Positions 10,545-21,500 of a DNA stretch of 64,000 nucleotides are shown here, piece after piece. The DNA is taken from positions 3,286,001-3,350,000 of the forward strand of contig NC_134036.1 in the NCBI RefSeq assembly GCF_964204645.1. Direction: 5' to 3'. The notes beneath the pieces are model-generated. The model worked only from the letters and a program-made list of their open reading frames with translations. It did not search any database and was not told the origin of the DNA. How positions within the stretch are numbered: position 1 is the stretch's first letter; each line of letters opens with the position of its first letter. Both the position numbers and the translations under genes were made by a program. The DNA is from Tubulanus polymorphus. Its lineage: Eukaryota; Animalia; Nemertea.

Positions 10545-10970
10545 CTGCAAGAAAAAAAAACAACGTGAGATAAAGAGTAAAAAAGATTAGAAATAACATT
10601 ACAAAATCATAATTATATATGAAATTGTTTAAAGCAGTTATCATTTAAAGGGGCTGATTCCTTTTCAAGGCCTTTCAATTTAGTGACTGCCTTATCTTAG
10701 GAACTTGCTTTTTGATCCGATTTAAATACATTGATAATTTAAATAGATAATTAATAGAATACTTGAGATTTACTTAGACCTTGCATAAGTAAAAACCTTG
10801 TTGGTTAATACTATGTTTTGAATCTAAGAACATTAAAAAACCTGTCTCTGGCCCAGGTTTAACTTGTTTCTGCTTTTAAGGATGACTGAAAACCCTGAAA
10901 AAGTAAAAACCTCGTCAAATAATACTATGATGGTTGATTGTAAGCTGATTGGTTACTGTGGCTACATTCT

Positions 10971-11105
10971 GAACTGCTGCATCATCGTCACTTCTCCTTC
11001 ACTTCTACTCGCGCTCTACACCATCTCGCGAATAACTCACCCCTCCTGACCGCACAAACACGTGGCATGGACATGCTTCCTCTTCTGGAAAGAGGTTATT
11101 TTTAA
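10971..11105 (-). pseudogene. Diverged, truncated paralogue of the start of exon 5 (present in most monomers)
   Basis: tttttttctggcAG then LKITSFQKRKHVHATCLCGQEG*VIREMV*SASRSEGEV, alignable to MRITSFQKRKRVRVLRLRGEEGRVIREIVESASS. Confidence 0.7.
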
Positions 11106-11171
11106 CTGCCAGAAAAAAACGTCCTCTTCCCTGTTGCTTTGTAAACAATATTGATAAAACCTCTCTAGGTG

Positions 11172-11362
11172 ACCGGTTTAACTTGTATCTGGTTTTAAGG
11201 ATTACTGAAAACCTTGAAAAAGTAAAAACCTCATCGCTTAATACTTTGATGTTAAACCTGGTTCTGGCCCAGGTCTAACGTGTATCTGGTTTCTAAGGAT
11301 GTCCGTAAATCTTGAAAAGTAAAAAAACCTTGTTGGTTATTACTATGATTCAAATCTAAGAA
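11172..11362. repeat. Old ~97-bp sub-repeat inside the monomers
   Basis: GGTTTAACTTGTATCTGGTTTTAAGGATTACTGAAAACCTTGAAAAAGTAAAAACCT (11175) is followed ~97 bp later by GGTCTAACGTGTATCTGGTTTCTAAGGATGTCCGTAAATCTTGAAAAGTAAAAAAACCT. Further diverged units at ~10790-10935 and 7466-7565. Confidence 0.8.
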
Positions 11363-13245
11363 GGTTAATGTCTTGGCTCCGGGATAAACCTATATGAAAC
11401 TGACCCCTACAGGTGATTATCGATGATAATAATCGGTCGTAGGATAGAATATAAAACAGAAGAAAATTATAAATATTGATAAATACTTACGGAAGCCCTC
11501 TCTTATTGTATCCCATAATCAATCTGGGAACAACTTGGAGTGACCGGCACCGTCGACTGGTAGCCCAGGGGAGGCTTCCCTCTTGTAATTGTACTGTAAA
11601 ATAGGAAGGACTAAAATAGGAAGGACATTCAATAAGAATACGAATAGCAATTATTTCAATAATTTGTGAAAAATTTATTTACACTTAATAATCATCATCG
11701 CTCGAAGCGCTGAAAATATAGAAATCAATTGAAATTCATTATTAGTAATCAATATAAACAACTGGTGTAAATAAAACACTTGAAAATCAGATCAATTCAG
11801 GTAAAACTTACGGACGCCAAACGTGGCGATCTGCGCGTCGGCAGCGCCACATGCCGCGTTTTCTTTTTAGCTTTTGGCATCTAAAAGGAAAAAAAAAAGA
11901 AACTCCAGCCTGTTTACCATATACTCGAATATGCTCCAGGTAAAACATCTATCTGGTTTAAAGGATTACCTTACACCTTCCTAGTGGAATCAATTGTAAG
12001 GAAAATCCAGACTACCCACATCCTCCTTCGAGATCTCACTTGAGATTGTTGTAAACAATATTGATAAAACCTCAATATTCAATGTTTTATTGTATTTGAA
12101 TGTATTTATAAAAGCTGATTGGTTACCGTGGCTACAGTCTTATCAAAGTTGAATAGACAAATAAAATACAATATGATACATTTTTATGATACTCTCTGCA
12201 TTGTTCGAAATGATGGAAAAAGATTCGATACAAGAATTCAAATCTTAACTTGATCTACAGTCAGCCTTGAAGATCTAAAGCTCTATTCAAATCCACCAAC
12301 AAATGGGCACATGTATGTGACCGGTGGACAGTCGACCATTGTTGACCATTGCCACGGCTTCAAACTCTGAACCAGCACCTGCGGTTGGGTGCGCCAACTT
12401 TGCATTGAGAGTGCTGGTACTGACTCGAGGTGATTGCGGAGGAAATGGTACATCTGGCCTCACGGGGTAGGAGGATCAAAAATATCCTCCATCGGTGGTA
12501 ACTCAGAGAGTCCGGACGACCTCATCCTCAGGAATCTCGCCCTCCTGCCGCTGCCGCTCCAAATCCTCTCGCCTCCATCTGTCGAGCTCCGCAAGCTCCC
12601 GTCGCCGAATTTCGATCTCCACTCTTGCACGCTCTATCTCCTGCTCCAGTCTCCTCTTCGGTGCGTCCTGTTCATGGCGCGCCCTCTGCGGGGTCGAATA
12701 CAGATCCACTTCGTTCTCGCTACTACTCGCGCTCTACAGCATCTCGCGGATTACCCGCCCTTCGTCACCATGCAAACGCAATACATGGACCCGCTTCCTC
12801 TTTTGGAAGGAAGTAATCCTCATCTGCAAGAAAAAAACAACGTCAGATAAAGAGTAAAAAAGATTAGAGATAACATTACAAAATCATAATTATATATGAA
12901 CTGGTTTAAAGCAGTTATCATTTTAAAGGGGTGGTTCCTTTTCAAGTTCTTTCAATTTAGTGACTGTCCTATCTTGCTTTTTGATCCGATTTCATAAGAA
13001 TTAATTCAGCCGTGAAACACTAGATATCAGACAATCCATTCAACAAAAAATGATTGTCCACGATTTTAGTGAATGTTTTGAGGGCTCCTGATTACAGAAT
13101 AACTTTTTACACCCTCTCAAGCAACAATTTACCAATTATTATTGCTAAAAGGTCGAGTGGTCACTTCGAGTGTTTTGGCGAGGCAATGACTAATATTTTT
13201 CGCAGCCTTTGCCTTTGAAGATATTCGGTAGATTTTAACGCTTAC

Positions 13246-13471
13246 CTCGTGCATATCCCCCGGAAAGGTTCTCCCTTGCAGACGGACGGAGAACCTTGAA
13301 GCCGCCGGGTGCGGCTGCCTTGGTTCACGTGGCTGTGCTGCTCCTGGTGCTGCTCCAGGTGGTGCTCCAGGTGGTCCTGGTGGTTGGGCCGAGGAGGCCG
13401 CCGAAAGAGCTTAACAAGACAGACCACCTCGGCTGACGGACCACCCTCACAATTATCCAAAAATGGAGATA
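13246..13471 (-). pseudogene. Array gene, exon 4 (representative copy; others at 8215-8440, ~19160, ~24530, ~30450, ~35820, ~41735, ~47075, ~49435, ~54500)
   Basis: Acceptor tttctttattttacAG, donor GAG|GTAAGC, 226 nt and GC-rich. Phase-1 entry reads LSPFLDNCEGGPSAEVVCLVKLFRR; one frameshift is needed to reach PPGPPGAPPGAAPGAAQPREPRQPHPAASRFSVRLQGRTFPGDMHE with phase-0 exit. Confidence 0.65.
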
Positions 13472-15139
13472 CTGTAAAATAAAGAAAAATAACATCTAAA
13501 AATAACAAATGTTTCATTAGATATATTGTCCCTTCTATTTGACTGTTGAATTTGATAGGGTGTCCCTTCCTTTACCCACCTGTAGCAAAACAGGGATTTG
13601 ATTTTGAAATCATGAAGTACAGATATAATCTGATAAATATTCTAGTTTTTAACAGTAGTGGAAAAAACGTTTCAAGATCAGTGGTCAACTAATCCTTCAA
13701 AAATCTCATTGTGGAATCAATTGTAGAATTTAGAATTAATCTCTTCATTTTAGTGACTGCCTTATGTTAGGAACTTGCGTTTTGATCCGATTTAAATACA
13801 TTGGTAAGTTAAATAGATAATTAATAGAATACTTGAGATTTACTTAGACCTTGCATAAGTAAAAACCTTGTTGGTTAATACTATGTTTCGAATCTAAGAA
13901 CATTAAAAAACCTGTCTCTGGCCCAGGTTTAACTTGTTTCTGCTTTTAAGGATGACTGAAAACCCTGAAAAAGTAAAAACCTCGTCAAATAATACTATGA
14001 TGGTTGATTGTAAGCTGATTGGTTACTGTGGTTACATTCTGAACTGCTGCATCATCGTCACTTCTTCACTTCTACTCGCGCTCTACACCATCTCGCGAAT
14101 AACTCACCCCTCCTGACCGCACAAACACGTGGCATGGACATGCTTCCTCTTCTGGAACGAGGTTAATTTTTAACTGCAAGAAAAAAACGTCCTCTTCCCT
14201 GTTGCTTTGTAAACAATATTAATAAAACCTCTCTAGGTGACAGGTTTAACTTGTATCTGGTTTTAAGGATGACTGAAAACCTTGAAAAATTAAAAACCTC
14301 ATCGCTTAATACTTTGATGTTAACTGGTTTCTAAGGATGTCCGTAAATCTTGGAAAGTAAAAAAACCTTGTCGGTTATTACTATGATTCGAATCTAAGAA
14401 GGTTAATGTCTTGGCTCCGGGATAAACCTATATGAAACTGACCCCTACAGGTGATTATCGATGATAATAATTTGTTGTAGAATTGAATATAAAACAGAAG
14501 AAAATTATAAATATTGATAAATACTTAAGGAATTCAAACAAGAATTCCCGCATAAACTCGATCGAAGTAGAGCCCTCTCTTATTGTATCCCTTAATACAA
14601 TCGGGGAACAACTTCGAGTGCCCTGCGCCGTCGACTGGTAGCCCAGTGGGACTTCTCTCTTGTAATTGTACTGTCATCATCGCTCGAAGCGCTGAAAACA
14701 TAGAAATCAATTGAAATTCATTATTAGTAATCAATATAAACAACTGGTGTAAATAAAACACTTGAAAATCAGATCAATTCAGGTATAACTTACGGACGCC
14801 AAACGTGGCGATCTGCACGTCGGCAGCGCCACATTCTTGGTTTTTTTTTTTTAGCTTTTGGCATCTAAAAAGTAAAAACCTCATCGCTTAATACTTTGAT
14901 GTAAACCTGGTTCTGGCCCAGGTCTAACCTGTATCTGGTTTCTAAGGATGTCCGTAAATCTTGAAAAGTAAAAAAACCTTGTTGGTTATTACTATGATTC
15001 AAATCTAAGAAGGTTACTGTCTTGGCTCCGGGATAAACCTATATGAAACTGACCCCTACAGGTGATTATCGATGATAATAATCGGTCGTAGAATAGAATA
15101 TAAAACAGAAGAAAATTATAAATATTGATTAATACTTAC

Positions 15140-15281
15140 GGAATTCAAACAAGAATTCCCGCATAACCTCGACCGAAGTAGAGCCCTCTCTTATTGCATC
15201 CCGTAATCAATCTGGGAACAACTTGGAGTGACCGGTACCGTCGACTGGTACCCCAGGGGGGGCTTCCCTCTTGTAATTGTA
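15140..15281 (-). pseudogene. Array gene, exon 3 (representative copy): YNYKREAPPGVPVDGTGHSKLFPD*LRDAIREGSTSVEVMREFLFEF
   Basis: Acceptor cctattttacAG, donor TTCC|GTAAGT, 142 nt, phase 0 in and phase 1 out, one internal TGA. Confidence 0.65.
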
Positions 15282-15357
15282 CTGTAAAATAGGAAGGACA
15301 TTCAATAAGAATACGAATAGCAATTATTTCAATAATTTGTAAAAAATTTATTTACAC

Positions 15358-15396
15358 TTCATAATCATCATCGCTTGTCGATTGTTCTGGAGAGCG
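15358..15396 (-). pseudogene. Array gene, exon 2 (representative copy): RSPEQSTSDDDYE
   Basis: Acceptor ttttcAG, 39 nt = 13 codons in frame with exon 1, weak donor GAA|GTGTAA. Flanking introns are 102 and 76 nt. Confidence 0.55.
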
Positions 15397-15498
15397 CTGA
15401 AAACATAAAAATCAATTGAAATTCATTATTAGTAATCAATATAAACAACTGGTGTAAATAAAACACTTGAAAATCAGATCAATTCAGGTAAAACTTAC

Positions 15499-15567
15499 GG
15501 ACGCCAAACGTGGCGATCTGCGCGTCGGCAGCGCCACATGCCTCGTTTTCTTTTTAGCTTTTGGCAT
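15499..15567 (-). pseudogene. Array gene, exon 1 (representative copy): MPKAKKKTRHVALPTRRSPRLAS
   Basis: Long pyrimidine tract + AG directly before ATG, 69 nt = 23 codons, donor TCC|GTAAGT, phase 0. Another copy at 9541-9606 has 22 codons. Confidence 0.7.
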
Positions 15568-18500
15568 CTAAAAGGAAAAAAAAAAGAAAAACTCCAGCCT
15601 GTTTACCATACTCGAATATGCTCCAGGTAAAACATCTATCTGGTTTAAAGGATTACCTTACACCTTCCTTGTGGAATCAATTGTAAGGAAAATCCAGACT
15701 ACCCACATCCTCCTTCGAGATCTCACTTGAGATTGTTGTAAACAATATTGATAAAACCTCAATATTCAATGTTTTATTGTATTTGAATGTATTTATAAAA
15801 GCTGATTGGTTACTGTGGCTACAGTCTTATCAAAGTTGAATAGACAAATAGAATACAATATGATACATTTTTATGATACTCTCTGCATTGATCGAAATGA
15901 TGGAAAAAGATTCAATACAAGAATTCAAATCTAAACTTGATCTATCATTAAGCCTTGAAAATCTAAAGTTCTATTCGAATCCACCAACAGATGGGCACAT
16001 GTATGTGACCGGTGGACACTCGGCCATTGTTGACCATTGCCACGGCGTCAAACTCTGAACCAGCACCTGCGGTTGGGTGCGCCAACTTTGCATTGAGAGT
16101 GCTGGTACTGACTCGAGGTGATTGCGGAGGAAATGGTACATCTGGCCTCACGGGGTAGGAGGATAAAAAATATCCTCCATCGGTGGTAACTCAGGAGAGT
16201 CCGGACAACCCTCATCCTCGGGAATCTCGCCCTCCTGCCGCTGCTGCTCCAACTCCTCTCGCCTCCATCTGTCGAGCTCCGCAAGCTCTCGCCGCCGAAT
16301 TTCAGCCTCCACTCTCGCACACTATATCTCCTGCTCCAGTATCCTGTTCGGTGCGTCCTGTTCATGGCGCGCCCTCTGCGGGGTCGAATACAGATCCACT
16401 TCGTTCTCGTTACTACTCGCGCTCTACAGCATCTCGCGGATTACCCGCCATTCCTCACCGCGCAAACACAACACACGGACCCGCTTCCTCTTCTGAAAAG
16501 AGGTAATCCTCATCTGCAAGAAAAAACTGACGTGAGATAAAGAGTAAAAAAGATTAGAAATAATATTACAAAATCATAATTATATATGAAATTGTTTAAA
16601 GCAGTTATCATTTAAAAGGGCTGATTCCTTTTCAAGGCCTTTCAATTAAGTGACTGCCTTATCTTAGGAACTTGCTTTTTGATCCGATTTAAATACATTG
16701 ATAATTTAAATAGATAATTAATAGAATACTTGAGATTTACTTAGACCTCGCATAAGTAAAAACCTTGTTGGTTAATACTATGTTTTGAATCTAAGAACAT
16801 TAAAAAACCTGTCTCTGGCCCAGGTTTAACTTGTTTCTGCTTTTAAGGATGACTGAAAACCCTGAAAAAGTAAAAACCTCGTCAAATAATACTATGATGG
16901 TTGATTGTAAGCTGATTGGTTACTGTGGCTACATTCTGAACTGCTGCATCATCGTCACTTCTCCTTCACTTCTACTCGCGCTCTACACTATCTCGCGAAT
17001 AACTCACCCCTCCTGACCGCACAAACACGTGGCATGGACATGCTTCCTCTTCTGGAACGAGGTTATTTTTTAACTGCAAGAAAAAAACGTCCTCTTCCCT
17101 GTTGCTTTGTAAACAATATTAATAAAACCTCTCTAGGTGACAGGTTTAACTTGTATCTGGTTTTAAGGATTACTGAAAACCTTGAAAAAATAAAAACCTC
17201 ATCGCTTAATACTTTGATGTTAAATCTGTGTCTGGCCCAGGTCTAACCTGTATCTGGTTTCTAAGGATGTCCGTAAATCTTGGAAAGTAAAAAAACCTTG
17301 TCGCTTATTACTATGATACGAATCTAAGAAGGTTAATGTCTTGGCTCCGGGATAAACCTATATGAAACTGACCCCTACAGGTGATTATCGATGATAATAA
17401 TCGGTCGTAGAATATAATATAAAACAGAAGAAAATTATAAATATTGATAAATACTTATGGAATTCAAACAAGAATTCCCGCATAAACTCGATCGAAGTAG
17501 AGCCCTCTCTTATTGTATCCCTTAATACAATCGGGGAACAACTTCGACTGCCCTGCGCCGTCGACTGGTAGCCCGGTGGGACTTCTCTCTTGTAATTGTA
17601 CTGTCATCATCGCTCGAAGCGCTGCAAATATAGAAATCAATTGAAATTCATTATTAGTAATCAATATAAACAACTGGTGTAAATAAAACACTTGAAAATC
17701 AGATCAATTCAGGTAAAACTTACAGACGCCAAACGTGGCGATCTGCGCGTCGGTGGCGCCACATTCTTTGTTTTTGTTTTTAGCTTTTGGCATCTAAAAA
17801 GAAAAAAAAAGAAAAACTCCAGCCTGTTTACCATATACTCGAATATACTCCAGGTAAAACATCTATCTGGTTTAAAGGATTACCTTACACCTTCCTTGTG
17901 GAATCAATTGTAAGGAAAATCCAGACTACCCACATCCTCATTCGAGATCTCACTTGAGATTGTTGTAAACAATATTGGTAAAACCTCAATATTCAATGTT
18001 TTATTGTATTTGAATGTATTTATAAAAGCTGATTGGTTATTGTGGCTACAGTCTTATCAAAGTTGAAAAGACAAATAAAATACAATATTATACATTTTTA
18101 TGATACTCTCTGCATTGTTCGAAATGATGGAAAAAGATTCAATACAAGAATTCAAATCTTAACTTGATCTATCATTAAGCCTTGAAAATCTAAAGCTCTA
18201 TTCGAATCCACCAACAGATGGGCACATGTATGTGACCGGTGGACAGTCGACCATTGTTGACCATTGCCACGGCTTCAAACTCTGAACCAGCACCTGCGGT
18301 TGGGTGCGCCAACTTTGCATTGAGAGTGCTGGTACTGACTCGAGGTGATTGCGGAGGAAATGGTACATCTGGCCTCACGGGGTAGGAGGATCAAAAATAT
18401 CCTCCATCGGTGGTAACTCAGAGAGTCCGGACGACCCTCATCCTCAGGAATCTCGCCCTCCTGCCGCTGCCGCTCCAAATCCTCTCGCCTCCATCTGTCG

Positions 18501-21500
18501 AGCTCCGCAAGCTCCCGTCGCCGAATTTCGATCTCCACTCTTGCACGCTCTATCTCCTGCTCCAGTCTCCTCTTCGGTGCGTCCTGTTCATGGCGCGCCC
18601 TCTGCGGGGTCGAATACAGATCCACTTCGTTCTCGCTACTACTCGCGCTCTACAGCATCTCGCGGATTACCCGCCCTTCCTCACCATGCAAACGCAATAC
18701 ATGGACCCGCTTCCTCTTTTGGAAGGAAGTAATCCTCATCTGCAAGAAAAAAACAACGTCAGATAAAGAGTAAAAAAGATTAGAGATAACATTACAAAAT
18801 CATAATTATATATGAACTGGTTTAAAGCAGTTATCATTTTAAAGGGGTGGTTCCTTTTCAAGTTCTTTCAATTTAGTGACTGTCCTATCTTGCTTTTTGA
18901 TCCGATTTCATAAGAATTAATTCAGCCGTGAAACACTAGATATCAGACAATCCATTCAACAAAAAATGATTGTCCACGATTTTAGTGAATGTTTTGAGGG
19001 CTCCTGATTACAGAATAACTTTTTACACCCTCTCAAGCAACAATTTACCAATTATTATTGCTAAAAGGTCGAGTGGTCACTTCGAGTGTTTTGGCGAGGC
19101 AATGACTAATATTTTTCGCAGCCTTTGCCTTTGAAGATATTCGGTAGATTTTAACGCTTACCTCGTGCATATCCCCTGGGAAGGTTCTCCCTTGCAGACG
19201 GACGGAGAACCTTGAAGCCGCCGGGTGCGGCTGCCTTGGTTCGCGCGGCTGTGCTGCTCCTGGTGCTGCTCCAGGTGGTGCTCCAGGTCGTCCTGGTGGT
19301 TGGGCCGAGGAGGCCGCCGAAAGAACTTAACAAGACAGACCACCTCGGCTGACGGACCACCCTCACAATTATCCAAAAATGGAGATACTGTAAAATAAAG
19401 AAACATCTAAAAATAACAAATGTTTCATTAGATATATTGTCCCTTCTATTTGACTGTTGAATTTGATAGGGTGTCCCTTCCTTTACCCACCTGTAGCAAA
19501 ACAGGGATTTGATTTTGAAATCATGAAGTACAGATATAATCTGATAAATATTCTAGTTTTTAACAGTAGTGGAAAAAACGTTTCAAGATCAGTGGTCAAC
19601 TAATCCTTCAAAAATCTCATTGTGGAATCAATTGTAGAATTTAGAATTAATCTCTTCATTTTAGTGACTGCCTTATGTTAGGAACTTGCGTTTTGATCCG
19701 ATTTAAATACATTGGTAAGTTAAATAGATAATTAATAGAATACTTGAGATTTACTTAGACCTTGCATAAGTAAAAACCTTGTTGGTTAATACTATGTTTT
19801 GAATCTAAGAACATTAAAAAACCTGTCTCTGGCCCAGGTTTAACTTGTTTCTGCTTTTAAGGATGACTGAAAACCTTGAAAAAGTAAAAACCTCGTCAAA
19901 TAATACTATGATGGTTGATTGTAAGCTGATTGGTTACTGTGGTTACATTCTGAACTGCTGCATCATCATCACTTCTTCACTTCTACTCGCGCTCTACACC
20001 ATCTCGCGAATAACTCACCCCTCCTGACCATGCAAACACGTGGCATGGACATGCTTCCTCTTCTGAAACGAGGTTATTTTTTAACTGCAAGAAAAAAACG
20101 TCCTCTTCCCTGTTGCTTTGTAAACAATATTGATAAAACCTCTCTAGGTGACCGGTTTAACTTGTATCTGGTTTTAAGGATGACTGAAAACCTTGAAAAA
20201 TTAAAAACCTCATCGCTTAATACTTTGATGTTAACTGGTTTCTAAGGATGTCCGTAAATCTTGGAAAGTAAAAAAACCTTGTCGGTTATTACTATGATTC
20301 GAATCTAAGAAGGTTAATGTCTTGGCTCCGGGATAAACCTATATGAAACTGACCCCTACAGGTGATTATCGATGATAATAATCGGTCGTAGAATAGAATA
20401 TAAAACAGAAGAAAATTATAAATATTGATAAATACTTATGGAATTCAAACAAGAATTCCCGCATAACCTCGATCGAAGTAGAGCCCTCTCTTATTGTATC
20501 CCTTAATACAATCGGGGAACAACTTCGAGTGCCCTGCGCCGTCGACTGGTAGCCCAGTGGGACTTCTCTCTTGTAATTGTACTGTCATCATCGCTCGAAG
20601 CGCTGAAAATATAGAAATCAATTGAAATTCATTATTAGTAATCAATATAAACAACTGGTGTAAATAAAACACTTGAAAATCAGATCAATTCAGGTATAAC
20701 TTACGGACGCCAAACGTGGCGATCTGCGCGTCGGCAGCGCCACATTCTTGGTTTTTTTTTTTAGCTTTTGGCATCTAAAAAGTAAAAACCTCATCGCTTA
20801 ATACTTTGATGTTAAACCTGGTTCTGGCCCAGGTCTAACCTGTATCTGGTTTCTAAGGATGTCCGTAAATCTTGAAAAGTAAAAAACCTTGTTGGTTATT
20901 ACTATGATTCGAATCTAAGAAGGTTAATGTCTTGGCTCCGGGATAAACCTATATGAAACTGACCCCTACAGGTGATTATCGATGATAATAATCGGTAGTA
21001 GAATAGAATATAAAACAGAAGAAAATTATAAATATTGATAAATACTTACGGAATTCAAACCAGAATTCCCGCATAACCTCGACCGAAGTAGAGCCCTCTC
21101 TTATTGTATCCCGTAATCAATCTGGGAACAACTTGGAGTGACCGGTACCCCAGGGGGGGCTTCCCTCTTGTAATTGTACTATAAAATAGGAAGGACATTC
21201 AATAAGAATACGAATAGCAATTATTTCAATAATTTGTAAAAAATTTATTTACACTTCATAATCATCATCGCTTGTCGATTGTTCTGGAGAGCGCTGGAAA
21301 CATAAAAATCAATTGAAATTCATTATTAGTAATCAATATAAACAACTGGTGTAAATAAAACACTTGAAAATCAGATCAATTCAGGTATAACTTACGGACG
21401 CCAAACGTGGCGATCTGCGCGTCGGCAGCGCCACATTCTTCGTTTTCTTTTTAGCTTTTGGCATCTAAAAAGAAAAAAAAAAGAAAAACTCCAGCCTGTT

